In this document: piece by piece, positions 32,731 through 42,678 of the stretch
Position numbering within the stretch: position 1 is the stretch's first letter
How the letters are laid out: each line of letters begins with the position of its first letter
Assembly (NCBI GenBank): GCA_013359345.1
Contig: JABWCA010000002.1
Coordinates: 740 to 64,739 of the forward strand
Length of the DNA: 64,000 nt
Direction: 5' to 3'
Source: Ignavibacteriaceae bacterium
GTDB lineage: Bacteria; Bacteroidota; Ignavibacteria; Ignavibacteriales; Ignavibacteriaceae
Made by a program: the position numbers and the translations under genes
Notes under the pieces: model-generated
The model's database searches: none
Told to the model about the DNA's origin: nothing
Seen by the model: the letters and a program-made list of their open reading frames with translations, nothing else

Positions 32731-35700
32731 CCCTCTGCGGCTTCTCCCCTCACTTTTTTATCTCTCAGTTCCAGCAGTTCAGATATCTCAGCAATAAATC
32801 TGGTTACATACTCAATCATTTTTTCGGGCGACTCAAATTTAGCGTTTATAACCAGTTTTACAGATTCTTTTTCCTGCCTTATTTTAACCGTGCTGTAATG
32901 ACGCTCCATGATGTGTTTCATCACCACCGGGAAATCCAGTTTGTAAAACTCTTCTTTATCTGCAGAGGGAAGAACTATGATGATTCCCTGTCTCTGCAGA
33001 ATCACCCTTTCGAGCTGAAGTTCTGCCGCGTGAAACTTGATCACTGCTACTCCCATGAGCCTTCTTAAGTTTACGGGCATCGGTCCGAATCTGTCCGTGA
33101 GTTCTTCTTTAATATCTTCGAGGTCACTCAGATTCTGAAGACTCAGAAGGGCGGTGTAGAAGCTGAGCCTGTCTGTCTGCTCGGGCATATAATTAGCCGG
33201 AATGCCGATATCAAAGAAGGTGTCGATCGAAGGATCTGTTTTCTGCTTCTGCTTCGGTTTGTCTTTGAACAGATCATAAAATTCCTGATACTTCAGTTCC
33301 TCAACCGCCTCATTCACGAGCTTCATGTACATATCAAAACCGACTTCATTAATGAATCCGCTCTGCTCTGTGCCAAGAAGGTTTCCTGCTCCGCGTATTT
33401 CCAGATCACGCATCGCAATGCTGAATCCGGAGCCGAGATCTGTGAATTCCTCAATAACCTTCAGCCTCTCAATTGTCTTCTTCTGAAGTCCGCTGAATGT
33501 CGGTACAAGAAAGTATGCATAAGCCTGACGGTCAGATCTGCCAACCCTTCCCCTTAACTGGTGAAGTTCAGCAAGACCGAATCTGTCTGCACGGTTCACA
33601 ATTATCGTATTTACATTAGGGATATCAATTCCCGACTCAATGATTTTGGTTGAGAGAAGAATGTCATACTTTCTGTTCTGAAATCCGTGGATCACATCCT
33701 CAAGCTCAAGGGGTTTCATCTGTCCGTGAGCAATCCCCATTTTAATTTCGGGAATGTGTTTTTTCAGATAGTCTGCAAATCTGTAAATTGACTGAATGCG
33801 GTCATGAACAATATAAACCTGTCCGTTACGCTTCATCTCAAAGTGAATCCATTCCCTGATCTTTTTGATATCAAAGACCGCAACCTTTGTGTAAATGGGC
33901 TGCCTGTTAGGAGGAGGAGTTCCGATTATGGATAGATCCCTTGCTCCGTGCAGTGAAAAGTTCAGAGTTCTTGGTATGGGTGTCGCAGTGAGAGTCAGGG
34001 TATCAACGTTGAGCTTTTTCGATCTGAGGTTCTCTTTTGCCTTAACCCCGAAACGGTGTTCTTCATCTATTATCAGAAGTCCGAGGTCATGAAAGGTCAC
34101 ATCTTTTGATAACAGCCTGTGTGTGCCCACAAGTACATCAACCTTGTTTTCCTTGACACCCTGAACTATTTCCTTTTGCTTCATTTTGGTCTGGAACCTT
34201 GAAAGGCACTCAACCCTTGCCGGAAACTGTGAAAGCCTGTCTCTGAATGTATTGTAATGCTGCTCGGCAAGGATTGTTGTCGGTACCAGAACAGCAACCT
34301 GTTTTCCGTCCTGAACAGCCTTGAACGCGGCGCGCACAGCAATTTCAGTTTTACCAAAACCGACATCACCGCACACAAGCCTGTCCATCGGACTTGGTGT
34401 TTCCATATCTTCCTTGACTTCGGCCACCACCTTTATCTGATCAGGAGTGTCTTCATAAATAAAGCTTGCCTCAAGCTCTTTCTGCCATACTGTATCTGTG
34501 CTGAACTGAAAACCCTTAGCTGATTTTCTTCTCGCATAGAGTTCAATGAGATCCCGTGCGAGCTCCTTGATTTTTTTCTTTGTTCTTGCCTTGGCGTTAA
34601 GCCAGGTGTTTGAACCAAGTGTTGAGAGTGAAGGAACAGCCCCTTCTTTTGATGAATATTTTTTAACGAGATGGAGATAGTTTAAGTTTACGTATACAAT
34701 TCCAGCTTCATTAAAAATCAGTTTCATTGTTTCCTGCTCGGCTTCGCCTATTTTTATCTGGCTCAGCCCGGCATATTTTGCAATGCCGTATTCTTCGTGA
34801 ACAACAAAATCACCGGGAACAATTGAAAGAAATTCTTTTTTCCTTGATTTCTTTCTGTTTTTGATGTTCGGAATTTTAGTGCGGTAAGGTTTCCCGAAAA
34901 TCTGGTAATCGGTCAGGAAAAGCATTTTTTCAGATCTTGATGTGAATCCTGATTTCAGCGGGAGTGTTTCAAAATGAATCGTTCCGTCTGTTATAAAGTC
35001 GGCAAGTTCCTGTCTCAGTTCCGTGAAGAGATCGCGCAGACGACCCGTCTGAATATCATTTTCTGCAGTGATAATGATTTTGAAATTTTTATCAAGGAAT
35101 CCTTTAACCTGCCCGAACAACATTTCATAACTTGAATTTATTGAGGGGGCAGATGAAAACCCGAGATCATATTTCACACCCGGTTCGCTGATTTCACTAA
35201 TCAGAATCCAGCGGCAGTTATTTCTTGAAAGGACGTAACTGATAAGTTTTTGATCTGATACCTGAATGTCATCTTCTTCACCGTCTGATAAATCATCATC
35301 ATCCGGAAAATCATCAAGATAGATGTTTTCATCTGTTTTCCCCCCATCCTGCGGTTTTTCTTCTTTTTCAGGGAGAACATAGTCTGTCAGCGACCGGTCA
35401 AACTCATGTTTATGAGCAACGGTAAGTAATTCATCAATATATTCAAAGATGTCAGATTTTTCCTGATTTTCATCAAGGAAGAGTTTTTCCATATTTTCGG
35501 AAACCACGGATTCATCAATCTTTTCAACTGATCTCTGGCTCTCCGGATCAAAAACTCTGAGCGATTCCACAAAATCACCGTCGAACTCAATTCTTACCGG
35601 GTTTTTTTCGCTGTAAGACCAGAGGTCAATGATTGAACCTCTTACCGCATAAGTGCCCCGCTCTGCGACAAACTTCTCTGACCTGTATTCGAATTTATCA

Positions 35701-36137
35701 AGCAGATCTGTGAGATAAGAGTATTCAATATTTGCACCCATTTTTATGGAATACAAATTTTGCTCAACCTGTTTACGGGGAGGGAGTTTTACTGTCAGCA
35801 GCCTGAAAGTGGATATGATAAGCGCTTCTTCAGATTTAAGAATTTCGCTTATTTTTTCCTGGATTGCTGTTACTGTGAATTCATCAATCTGAATTATCTT
35901 TTTATCAGGATAAAGAAGAGTTAATTCAACTGCGAATTCATTTACGGTTAGCTGCTTTTCAAAAAGAAAAAGTATTTTATCATATTTACTGATCAGCGAG
36001 CCTGCAAGCAGTGCGTTTGAGGATCCGCTTACACCTGTAACTTCAAATACTTTTTCTGTGCTGTCAGTTAATCCGGTGAGAAATGATTTTACTTCCGGAA
36101 GATAACTGAAGTCATTCAAGATGTTAAATTTTTTCAT
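32727..36137 (-). CDS. mfd: Transcription-repair coupling factor Mfd
   Basis: 1136 aa. RNAP-interacting/CarD-like region (GDFVVHEEYGIAKYAG), SF2 helicase motifs (GDVGFGKTE, DEEHRFG, TATPIPRT) and the TRG motif region. Confidence 0.95.
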   Translation of the reverse strand: MKKFNILNDFSYLPEVKSFLTGLTDSTEKVFEVTGVSGSSNALLAGSLISKYDKILFLFEKQLTVNEFAVELTLLYPDKKIIQIDEFTVTAIQEKISEILKSEEALIISTFRLLTVKLPPRKQVEQNLYSIKMGANIEYSYLTDLLDKFEYRSEKFVAERGTYAVRGSIIDLWSYSEKNPVRIEFDGDFVESLRVFDPESQRSVEKIDESVVSENMEKLFLDENQEKSDIFEYIDELLTVAHKHEFDRSLTDYVLPEKEEKPQDGGKTDENIYLDDFPDDDDLSDGEEDDIQVSDQKLISYVLSRNNCRWILISEISEPGVKYDLGFSSAPSINSSYEMLFGQVKGFLDKNFKIIITAENDIQTGRLRDLFTELRQELADFITDGTIHFETLPLKSGFTSRSEKMLFLTDYQIFGKPYRTKIPNIKNRKKSRKKEFLSIVPGDFVVHEEYGIAKYAGLSQIKIGEAEQETMKLIFNEAGIVYVNLNYLHLVKKYSSKEGAVPSLSTLGSNTWLNAKARTKKKIKELARDLIELYARRKSAKGFQFSTDTVWQKELEASFIYEDTPDQIKVVAEVKEDMETPSPMDRLVCGDVGFGKTEIAVRAAFKAVQDGKQVAVLVPTTILAEQHYNTFRDRLSQFPARVECLSRFQTKMKQKEIVQGVKENKVDVLVGTHRLLSKDVTFHDLGLLIIDEEHRFGVKAKENLRSKKLNVDTLTLTATPIPRTLNFSLHGARDLSIIGTPPPNRQPIYTKVAVFDIKKIREWIHFEMKRNGQVYIVHDRIQSIYRFADYLKKHIPEIKMGIAHGQMKPLELEDVIHGFQNRKYDILLSTKIIESGIDIPNVNTIIVNRADRFGLAELHQLRGRVGRSDRQAYAYFLVPTFSGLQKKTIERLKVIEEFTDLGSGFSIAMRDLEIRGAGNLLGTEQSGFINEVGFDMYMKLVNEAVEELKYQEFYDLFKDKPKQKQKTDPSIDTFFDIGIPANYMPEQTDRLSFYTALLSLQNLSDLEDIKEELTDRFGPMPVNLRRLMGVAVIKFHAAELQLERVILQRQGIIIVLPSADKEEFYKLDFPVVMKHIMERHYSTVKIRQEKESVKLVINAKFESPEKMIEYVTRFIAEISELLELRDKKVRGEAAEG

Positions 36138-36147
36138 CCTCGGAGAA

Positions 36148-36915
36148 TCAGTTAATCGGGATTGAAATTCTGAACAGCGGCGGGGGAGGAGCCGCTTCTT
36201 TTTCTTTTAATTTATTTTTATGGCGATCATTAATAAACTGAGCCGTCAGATATCCTATCGCTGAGCCCATAACGGTGTCGCTCAACCAGTGAACGTTATT
36301 GTATACGCGTGCAAAAGCCCCGAGAGCCGCAACAGTGTATAATGCCGTCTGAAAGTATGGGTCACTGTTTTCGCCGGCAAGTATCCCCGCAACAGCCCAG
36401 ATAAAATTGCTGTGGCCTGAGGGAAAGGAAGTTTTTTCCCAGCTTGTCTGAAAAAAATTAAACTCACCGTTATCATCTGTCTTAAACGGCCTTGTTCTCC
36501 CGGCGGTCATCTTTATTATGTTTGTTATAAGTGTTGAGTAGACTATCGATTCGCCTAATCTCAGGCCAAGCGACTGGTTCTTCCCGTTACCGGAAATAAG
36601 TCCGTGAAGATAGAGAAGAGCAGTGCCTGCTCCCAGCACTTCGATGTAATATTTATCGAAAACAAAAACCGCATCCAGAAACGGTGTTTTATTATTCTGT
36701 GTGAAATGCTTCATTTCTTTATCTATGAAATACGAAGCAGTGGTAAGTGAAAGAGTTGTAAGATACGCTATCGTTTCCTGCTGTTTATCCGGCGGAATCT
36801 CTTTTAACAGATCCGCACCTGTATTTCCGAACTCTTTCAGATCCTCACCGAATGACTGACTGTATGTCTCTCCGGCGGCGAGAATAAATACCAAAACTAA
36901 AAAGTATGCTCTCAA
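36148..36915 (-). CDS. PAP2-superfamily phosphatase (membrane)
   Basis: The tripartite PAP2 motif is present: KMTAGRTRPF, PSGHS and RVYNNVHWLSD. Confidence 0.8.
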   Translation of the reverse strand: MRAYFLVLVFILAAGETYSQSFGEDLKEFGNTGADLLKEIPPDKQQETIAYLTTLSLTTASYFIDKEMKHFTQNNKTPFLDAVFVFDKYYIEVLGAGTALLYLHGLISGNGKNQSLGLRLGESIVYSTLITNIIKMTAGRTRPFKTDDNGEFNFFQTSWEKTSFPSGHSNFIWAVAGILAGENSDPYFQTALYTVAALGAFARVYNNVHWLSDTVMGSAIGYLTAQFINDRHKNKLKEKEAAPPPPLFRISIPIN

Positions 36916-36916
36916 A

Positions 36917-37852
36917 TCAGACCGTCATCTCAATTGCGTTTCTTACAAAACCATCGCTTAACTGAAGCCTTCTTCCGGCTTCTTCTTTCGTTACGCCGGC
37001 CTTAATCATAACCAGTGCTGTTTTTACATGCCAGTCTGCCGCGTTCAGGTAAGAGGTTGATTCTTCATAAGAGAGACCGGTAATTGTCATGACAACTCTC
37101 TTAGCCCTTTCAACAAGCTTCTTGTTTGTCATCTGGAGATCAATCATCATGTTCTCGTATACCTTGCCGAGCCTTATCATTGAAGTTGTTGTCAGCATAT
37201 TCAGTACCAGTTTCTGAGCGGTGCCGCTTTTCATTCTCGTTGAACCCATGACAACTTCAGGTCCCACATAAGGACACATTGCAACATCAACGCCCTCAAT
37301 GTTAAAGCTTTCTCTGGGTGTGCATGTGATATACAAAGTTACAGCACCAAGCTCTTTGGCTTTTTTGATTGCCCCGACAACATAAGGGGTTCTTCTGCTT
37401 GCGGCTATTCCGCAAACCACATCTTTTGATGTAACACCGGCAGCCACAACGTCTGCTGCTCCGCTTGATTCCTTATCTTCGGCGCCTTCCTGTGCCTTGA
37501 ACATTGCCTCCTTGCCGCCTGCTATAAATCCCTGTACCATCTCTGGAGGTGTTCCGTAAGTGGGGGGGCACTCTGATGCGTCCACCACTCCTAAACGTCC
37601 GCTGGTTCCCGCACCGAAATAGAGAAGCCTGCCTCCGTTTTTAAATGCCTTTACAATATGGTTTACTGCTTCTTCAATGTAGGGAATTTCATGCTCTACA
37701 GCGAGAGGTACTTTTTTGTCTTCGCTGTTTATTATCTCAAGAACCTCCCTTACAGATTTTGCATCAATTTCCATTGATGCGGGATTTCTTTGTTCTGTTG
37801 CAAGGTTCGCAATTTCGTGAAAAAAACTTTTATTGTGCTCAGAAGAATTCAT
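36917..37852 (-). CDS. murQ: N-acetylmuramic acid 6-phosphate etherase MurQ
   Basis: ..LATEQRN.., SIS domain GAGTSGRLGVVDASECPPTYG and ..GSTRMKSGTAQK... Confidence 0.9.
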   Translation of the reverse strand: MNSSEHNKSFFHEIANLATEQRNPASMEIDAKSVREVLEIINSEDKKVPLAVEHEIPYIEEAVNHIVKAFKNGGRLLYFGAGTSGRLGVVDASECPPTYGTPPEMVQGFIAGGKEAMFKAQEGAEDKESSGAADVVAAGVTSKDVVCGIAASRRTPYVVGAIKKAKELGAVTLYITCTPRESFNIEGVDVAMCPYVGPEVVMGSTRMKSGTAQKLVLNMLTTTSMIRLGKVYENMMIDLQMTNKKLVERAKRVVMTITGLSYEESTSYLNAADWHVKTALVMIKAGVTKEEAGRRLQLSDGFVRNAIEMTV

Positions 37853-38532
37853 TTATTGATCTCAAGAAGAACAAGCTTCTTGCCTTTCACATTTTTAAGA
37901 TTAGTGGGCTTGTAGTGTAATTCATAAACTGTGTGCTTTTTGATGCAGTGCTTGAACTTCAGATACATGGCATCAAACTCTTCGGCTATGTCGCCGCCCT
38001 TCATGGCGAGAACCCAGGCTTTCTGTTTAATTAAAGGGAGAGCGTAACGCATAAGTACTATGAGAGGTACAGTTGCCCTTGATACGACAAGATCAAAGGA
38101 ACCGTGATGACGTGCAATGAATTCAGGATCTTCAACCCTTGAGTTTTCCACCTTTACATTGATGAGCATGAGTTTTTCTATGAACTCTTCAACTGCCGTT
38201 GTTTTTTTTGCAATTGAATCAACGAGCACTCCCCTCATTTCCGGTTTTACGATTGCTACCGGGATTCCGGGGAAGCCTCCTCCGGTTCCGATATCGATAT
38301 AACTGAAGCACCGTTCAGGAATAAATTTGCTGATATATGCCGATATGAAAATGTGATTTTCAATTATCGACTGGATATCCTTTCTGGACACCAGATTTAT
38401 AACGCTGTTTTTGTTTATAACGAGTTCTGCAAACTGGATCAGTCTTTCAATCTGTTCCTCATCGGGGCGAAGGTCATTTTCCCAGTAAAATGTTGTTAAC
38501 TGGCGGTAAAGATCCTGCTCCTGTACTTCCAT
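37849..38532 (-). CDS. rsmG: 16S rRNA (guanine527-N7)-methyltransferase RsmG (GidB)
   Basis: SAM-binding DIGTGGGFPGIPVAI. Its position is immediately downstream of mnmG. Confidence 0.9.
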   Translation of the reverse strand: MEVQEQDLYRQLTTFYWENDLRPDEEQIERLIQFAELVINKNSVINLVSRKDIQSIIENHIFISAYISKFIPERCFSYIDIGTGGGFPGIPVAIVKPEMRGVLVDSIAKKTTAVEEFIEKLMLINVKVENSRVEDPEFIARHHGSFDLVVSRATVPLIVLMRYALPLIKQKAWVLAMKGGDIAEEFDAMYLKFKHCIKKHTVYELHYKPTNLKNVKGKKLVLLEINK

Positions 38533-38554
38533 CGTTCTCCCGGAATAATTCAGA

Positions 38555-40435
38555 TTACTTGCGTAAATATACCAATAAAATACTAATGTCTGAGGGAGTA
38601 ACCCCTGAAATTCTGCTTGCCTGACCTATGGATCTTGGCTTATGTCTGATCAGTTTTTCTCTTCCTTCTGCCGAAAGTGCTTTGATCGTTCCGAAATCAA
38701 GCTCCGACGGAATTCTGAGATCCTCATATTTTTCAAGCTTTGCAACCGCCTCATGCTGACGCATAATGTAGCCGTTATATTTGACCTCAATCTGAATCTG
38801 TTCGCAGATTTCATCATCCGCCAGAATTTCAGTGAGTTCACCTGATCCGTTCCTGTTGCCTAGCAGACCCCTTATATCCGAGAGTTCCACTTCCGGTCTT
38901 TTGCTTAGTTTTTCAAGCGTCTCTGAGAATTCTATTTCTGATGTTCCTTTTTCCTTCAGATAGTAATTAACTGCCAGCGGTTCCAGTTTTACTTTTCCGA
39001 GCAGATCAAGTCCTGAGATTATCAGTTTTTCCTTGGTTTCAAGTCTCTCCAGCTCATCGTCACTTACAAGCCCGATTTCATGTCCGTAGCGTGAAAGGCG
39101 TCTGTCTGCATTATCGGCCCTCAGCAGAAGCCTGTGTTCTGCCCTTGATGTGAACATTCTGTACGGTTCATCCGTTGATTTATTAACCAGATCGTCTATG
39201 AGTACACCTATGTAGGCCTCACTTCTTTTCAGAACAAAATCTGGTCTTCCCTGAATTTTAAGTGCCGCGTTTATTCCGGCAATCAGGCCCTGGGCGGCCG
39301 CTTCCTCATAACCTGAGGTTCCGTTGATCTGACCGGCAAAATAAAGGCCTGATACCATCTTGGTTTCAAGCGTAAGATCAACCTGATGAGGAGGAAAGAA
39401 ATCATACTCCACCGCATAACCTGCTCTGATCATTTCAACTTCTTCCAGACCCTTTATAAGCTTAAGCGCTTCAAGCTGTACTTCCGCAGGAAGCGAAGTT
39501 GAAAAACCATTCACATATATAAGATCAGTGTCAAGACCTTCCGGCTCAAGAAAAAGCTGGTGTTTTTCTTTATCGGCAAATCTTACAATTTTATCTTCAA
39601 TAGAAGGGCAGTATCTGGGACCAACACCTTTTATCAGACCCATAAACATGGGCGATCTGTCAAAACCCGTTTCAAGAATTTTGTGGACTTTTTCATGAGT
39701 GTAAGTAAGATGGCAGTTTACCTGCGGCAGAAAGGGAAACTTACTCTTATCAGTTTTATGTGAAAAAGGTTTCGGATCTGTATCTCCCGGCTGTTCTTCA
39801 AGAATGTCCCAGTTTATTGAATCTTTCTTTAACCGCGGCGGAGTGCCCGTTTTTAATCTTCCTGATTCAAAACCTGCTTTAACCAGGCTCTCTGTTATTC
39901 CCGTTGCGGGATTCTCCCCGAATCTTCCACCTTTTACTGCGCTGAGGCCTGTGTGCATAAGTCCGTTAAGAAAAGTGCCTGAACATAAAACAACCGCCCG
40001 GGCCTCAATTATTTCCCCTTCGGCTGTTCTTACTCCGGTTATTTTATTGTTTTCAATTTCAATACCTGTTATTGATTTTGCCGTTATATAAAGGTTTGGT
40101 ACTGATTCAACATATTTTAATGCTTCGGAGCTGTATATTTTCCTGTCATTCTGGCTTCTTGGTGACCAGACAGCCGGTCCTTTTGATCTGTTTAACATCC
40201 TGAACTGAATACCGGAGTTGTCTGCAATTATTCCCATAGCTCCGCCAAGGGCATCTATTTCTCTTACGAGGTGGCCTTTAGCGGTGCCTCCTATAGCAGG
40301 ATTGCATGACATTCTCCCGATCGCATATTTATCCATCGTTACAAGAGCGGTTACACAACCCATCTTTGCGGCTGCAGCTGCAGCTTCAATTCCCGCATGG
40401 CCGCCGCCTATAACAATCACATCAAACTTGTTCAT
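38555..40435 (-). CDS. mnmG: tRNA uridine 5-carboxymethylaminomethyl modification enzyme MnmG (GidA)
   Basis: [16 protein letters not shown], ..[22 protein letters not shown].. and ..[11 protein letters not shown]... Confidence 0.97.
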   Translation of the reverse strand: MNKFDVIVIGGGHAGIEAAAAAAKMGCVTALVTMDKYAIGRMSCNPAIGGTAKGHLVREIDALGGAMGIIADNSGIQFRMLNRSKGPAVWSPRSQNDRKIYSSEALKYVESVPNLYITAKSITGIEIENNKITGVRTAEGEIIEARAVVLCSGTFLNGLMHTGLSAVKGGRFGENPATGITESLVKAGFESGRLKTGTPPRLKKDSINWDILEEQPGDTDPKPFSHKTDKSKFPFLPQVNCHLTYTHEKVHKILETGFDRSPMFMGLIKGVGPRYCPSIEDKIVRFADKEKHQLFLEPEGLDTDLIYVNGFSTSLPAEVQLEALKLIKGLEEVEMIRAGYAVEYDFFPPHQVDLTLETKMVSGLYFAGQINGTSGYEEAAAQGLIAGINAALKIQGRPDFVLKRSEAYIGVLIDDLVNKSTDEPYRMFTSRAEHRLLLRADNADRRLSRYGHEIGLVSDDELERLETKEKLIISGLDLLGKVKLEPLAVNYYLKEKGTSEIEFSETLEKLSKRPEVELSDIRGLLGNRNGSGELTEILADDEICEQIQIEVKYNGYIMRQHEAVAKLEKYEDLRIPSELDFGTIKALSAEGREKLIRHKPRSIGQASRISGVTPSDISILLVYLRK

Positions 40436-40447
40436 TAATTCTTTCTG

Positions 40448-40466
40448 TGTTTCACGTGAAACTATT
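40448..40466. promoter_or_regulatory. 19-bp element TGTTTCACGTGAAACTATT, copy 1 (perfect 14-bp palindrome core at 40449-40462)
   Basis: It is identical to 40579-40597. It lies 13 nt upstream of the mnmG start codon, downstream of a TAtaTTTG -7-like motif (40497-40490, minus strand). Confidence 0.5.
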
Positions 40467-40578
40467 TAAACTTGATTTTTTGAATCTGCAAATATACTAA
40501 ATAGTGAACAGCCGAAAGGTCAAAATAATTTCAGAGGGATTGCGAAAAGTGCCAGGTGCAGAAAATTACACCTGACAC

Positions 40579-40597
40579 TGTTTCACGTGAAACTATT
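40579..40597. promoter_or_regulatory. 19-bp element TGTTTCACGTGAAACTATT, copy 2 (palindrome core at 40580-40593)
   Basis: Exact copy lying 12 nt after the mnmE stop codon. It is preceded by hairpin CAGGTG-n10-CACCTG (40553-40574). Confidence 0.5.
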
Positions 40598-40608
40598 ATA
40601 AACGGAAG

Positions 40609-41967
40609 TTATTTGCCTATGCAGAAGTTTAGGAAGATGTTGTTGAGAATGTCATCTGTTGAGATGGCACCAACAATCTCTGCCAGGGCAGCTTCTGAAT
40701 TTCTTATATCAACCGAGATAAACTCACCAGTTAAGCCAGCACGGACGGTTTCTTTTGCAGTTATGAGGTGCTGACGGGCTCTTTTAAGGCAGTCAAGGTG
40801 ACGGGCAGAGGTAATAATTGCAGTTTTTTCTGTGTAGGTGGTTTGTCCGCTCACTTTATTTCTCATGTAGTCAAAGAGGTGATTAATGCCGGTTCCGTTT
40901 TTAACGGAGATATAAATATCAGCATCAGGAAGTGTTTCACCCCCCGCAAGATCTGTTTTATTCATTACCCGTATGACATTTGAAGGATCAGTTAGTGAGG
41001 TCACCTCCTGATAAAGTGTGCTGTTAAACTGCTGAACAACATCACTGATGAAAAGAACGAGATCAGCGGAACTGATGGTTTCACGGCTCCTGATAACGCC
41101 TTCGCTTTCTATAACGTCGGATGTTTTCCGGATTCCGGCAGTATCAAAAAGGCGGTACATAATACCGTCTATCACAACATCCTCCCTTATAATATCTCTG
41201 GTCGTTCCGGGAATCTCACTTACTATTGCTCTGTATTCCTTGAGGAAAAAATTAAGGAGTGAAGACTTCCCAACATTCGGCATGCCGACAAGAGCCACAT
41301 TCACGCCATCTCTCAGCACTTTACCGTATCTGAAAGAGGAAATAAGAATATCAAGCTCTTTTACCACGTTATCAATTTTTCCGGTGAGAATATCTTCAGG
41401 GACAAACTCAAGATCTTCCTCGGCAAAATCCAGCTCGAGTTCAACCAGTGAAGAAAGATTAAGGAGCCGCTCTCTCAGATCGTTAACTTTAGATGAAATA
41501 AACCCGTCAATCTGATTTCGGGCGCCTCTTAACGATGCTTCACCAGATGACTGAATCACTGAAACCACAGCCTCAGCCTGGGAGAGGTCCATTCTCCCGT
41601 TAAGATAAGCTCTTTTTGTAAACTCCCCCGGCTCTGCCTGTCTTGCACCTGCTTCAAGAAGCAGTGAAATAATCTTCTGCACAATGAGAGGTGAACCGTG
41701 GCAGCTTATCTCAGCAGAATCTTCACCGGTATAAGAATGGGGTGATCTGTAAACAGAAACGACAACATCATCAACAGTTATCCCCTCACTGTCAGTGATT
41801 TTTCCGTAATGAAGGGTATGGCTTTTACACGCGGCAATTTTTTTTCTGCCGCTGAAAATTTTATCGGTAACCGCAAATGAATCGGGACCCGATAATCTTA
41901 TAACCGAGATTGCCCCCACTCCGGCGGGAGTGGCAAGCGCAACAATTGTTTCTTCTTGTTTTTTCAT
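40609..41967 (-). CDS. mnmE: tRNA modification GTPase MnmE (TrmE)
   Basis: ETIVALATP.G.GAISVIR.SG N-terminus, G-domain GMPNVGKSS / DTAGIR / NKTD and the C-terminal CIGK tetrapeptide. Confidence 0.97.
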   Translation of the reverse strand: MKKQEETIVALATPAGVGAISVIRLSGPDSFAVTDKIFSGRKKIAACKSHTLHYGKITDSEGITVDDVVVSVYRSPHSYTGEDSAEISCHGSPLIVQKIISLLLEAGARQAEPGEFTKRAYLNGRMDLSQAEAVVSVIQSSGEASLRGARNQIDGFISSKVNDLRERLLNLSSLVELELDFAEEDLEFVPEDILTGKIDNVVKELDILISSFRYGKVLRDGVNVALVGMPNVGKSSLLNFFLKEYRAIVSEIPGTTRDIIREDVVIDGIMYRLFDTAGIRKTSDVIESEGVIRSRETISSADLVLFISDVVQQFNSTLYQEVTSLTDPSNVIRVMNKTDLAGGETLPDADIYISVKNGTGINHLFDYMRNKVSGQTTYTEKTAIITSARHLDCLKRARQHLITAKETVRAGLTGEFISVDIRNSEAALAEIVGAISTDDILNNIFLNFCIGK

Positions 41968-42039
41968 AACCGAAAATTAGTCAAGGATACACTCATTAAC
42001 AAAAAAGGAACATTTGTAAAAGAATTTTTGTCTTAATGA

Positions 42040-42053
42040 TGTATAATTATACA
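42040..42053. promoter_or_regulatory. Perfect 14-bp palindrome TGTATAATTATACA upstream of vapB (probable autoregulatory operator overlapping a TATAAT hexamer)
   Basis: Read directly. It lies 9 nt upstream of the ATG at 42063. Confidence 0.45.
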
Positions 42054-42062
42054 TTGGCTGAC

Positions 42063-42290
42063 ATGAAAAGAACTCAAATATACCTTGATGATGATATTTA
42101 CGAGATACTCAAAATAGAGAGTAAGCTGAAAAAGAAAAAAATTTCATCACTGATAAGAGACGCATTAAATGAGAAATATATCGGCAGGAATGAAAAAAGC
42201 GATATAATCGGGAATCTCTGCGGAATCTGGAAAGAGAAGCCGGGTGAGCCTGAACATCTCACGGATAAAATGAGACGGAGTAAAAGCTGA
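42063..42290 (+). CDS. vapB: Ribbon-helix-helix (CopG/VapB-type) antitoxin
   Basis: MKRTQIYLDDDIYEILKIESKLKKKKISSLIRDALNEKY fits the RHH beta-alpha-alpha pattern. The start is set at ATG 42063, since the track's 42036 start would include the operator palindrome. The stop overlaps the vapC ATG by 1 nt. Confidence 0.7.
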   Translation: MKRTQIYLDDDIYEILKIESKLKKKKISSLIRDALNEKYIGRNEKSDIIGNLCGIWKEKPGEPEHLTDKMRRSKS

Positions 42291-42661
42291 TGGAAATCAT
42301 TCTTGACAGCGACGTAATTATCTCTCTCTTAAAGGGAGAGCGTATCGTTACCGGCAGATTCATGGATATTCTGAACGGTAACAGGGTTTTTGTGAGCGCA
42401 GTTACTGTTTCAGAGATCATGTCAATTTCAGAAGAGAATGAAGCTGCCGTGATAGAAAAACTGTTTGAATTACTGAACGTACTTGAAGTGAACAGGGAAA
42501 TAGGGAAACTTGCGGGCAAATTTCTGCGGGAAAGCAGATTCAGTGACGTGCATATCAGCACCGCGTTAATTGCCGCATCATCTGCTTACCACAGGTTTCC
42601 GGTGTGGACTCTGAAAAGGGACAGATACCCTATGCTTGAAGAAACACTTATAGTCTTATAA
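42290..42661 (+). CDS. vapC: PIN-domain toxin VapC (intact)
   Basis: [16 protein letters not shown].. places the first PIN Asp near the N-terminus. ..VSAVTVSEI.. follows. Size 123 aa, directly coupled to the RHH antitoxin. Confidence 0.75.
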   Translation: MEIILDSDVIISLLKGERIVTGRFMDILNGNRVFVSAVTVSEIMSISEENEAAVIEKLFELLNVLEVNREIGKLAGKFLRESRFSDVHISTALIAASSAYHRFPVWTLKRDRYPMLEETLIVL

Positions 42662-42678
42662 GAAAAGGAATAACCGAA

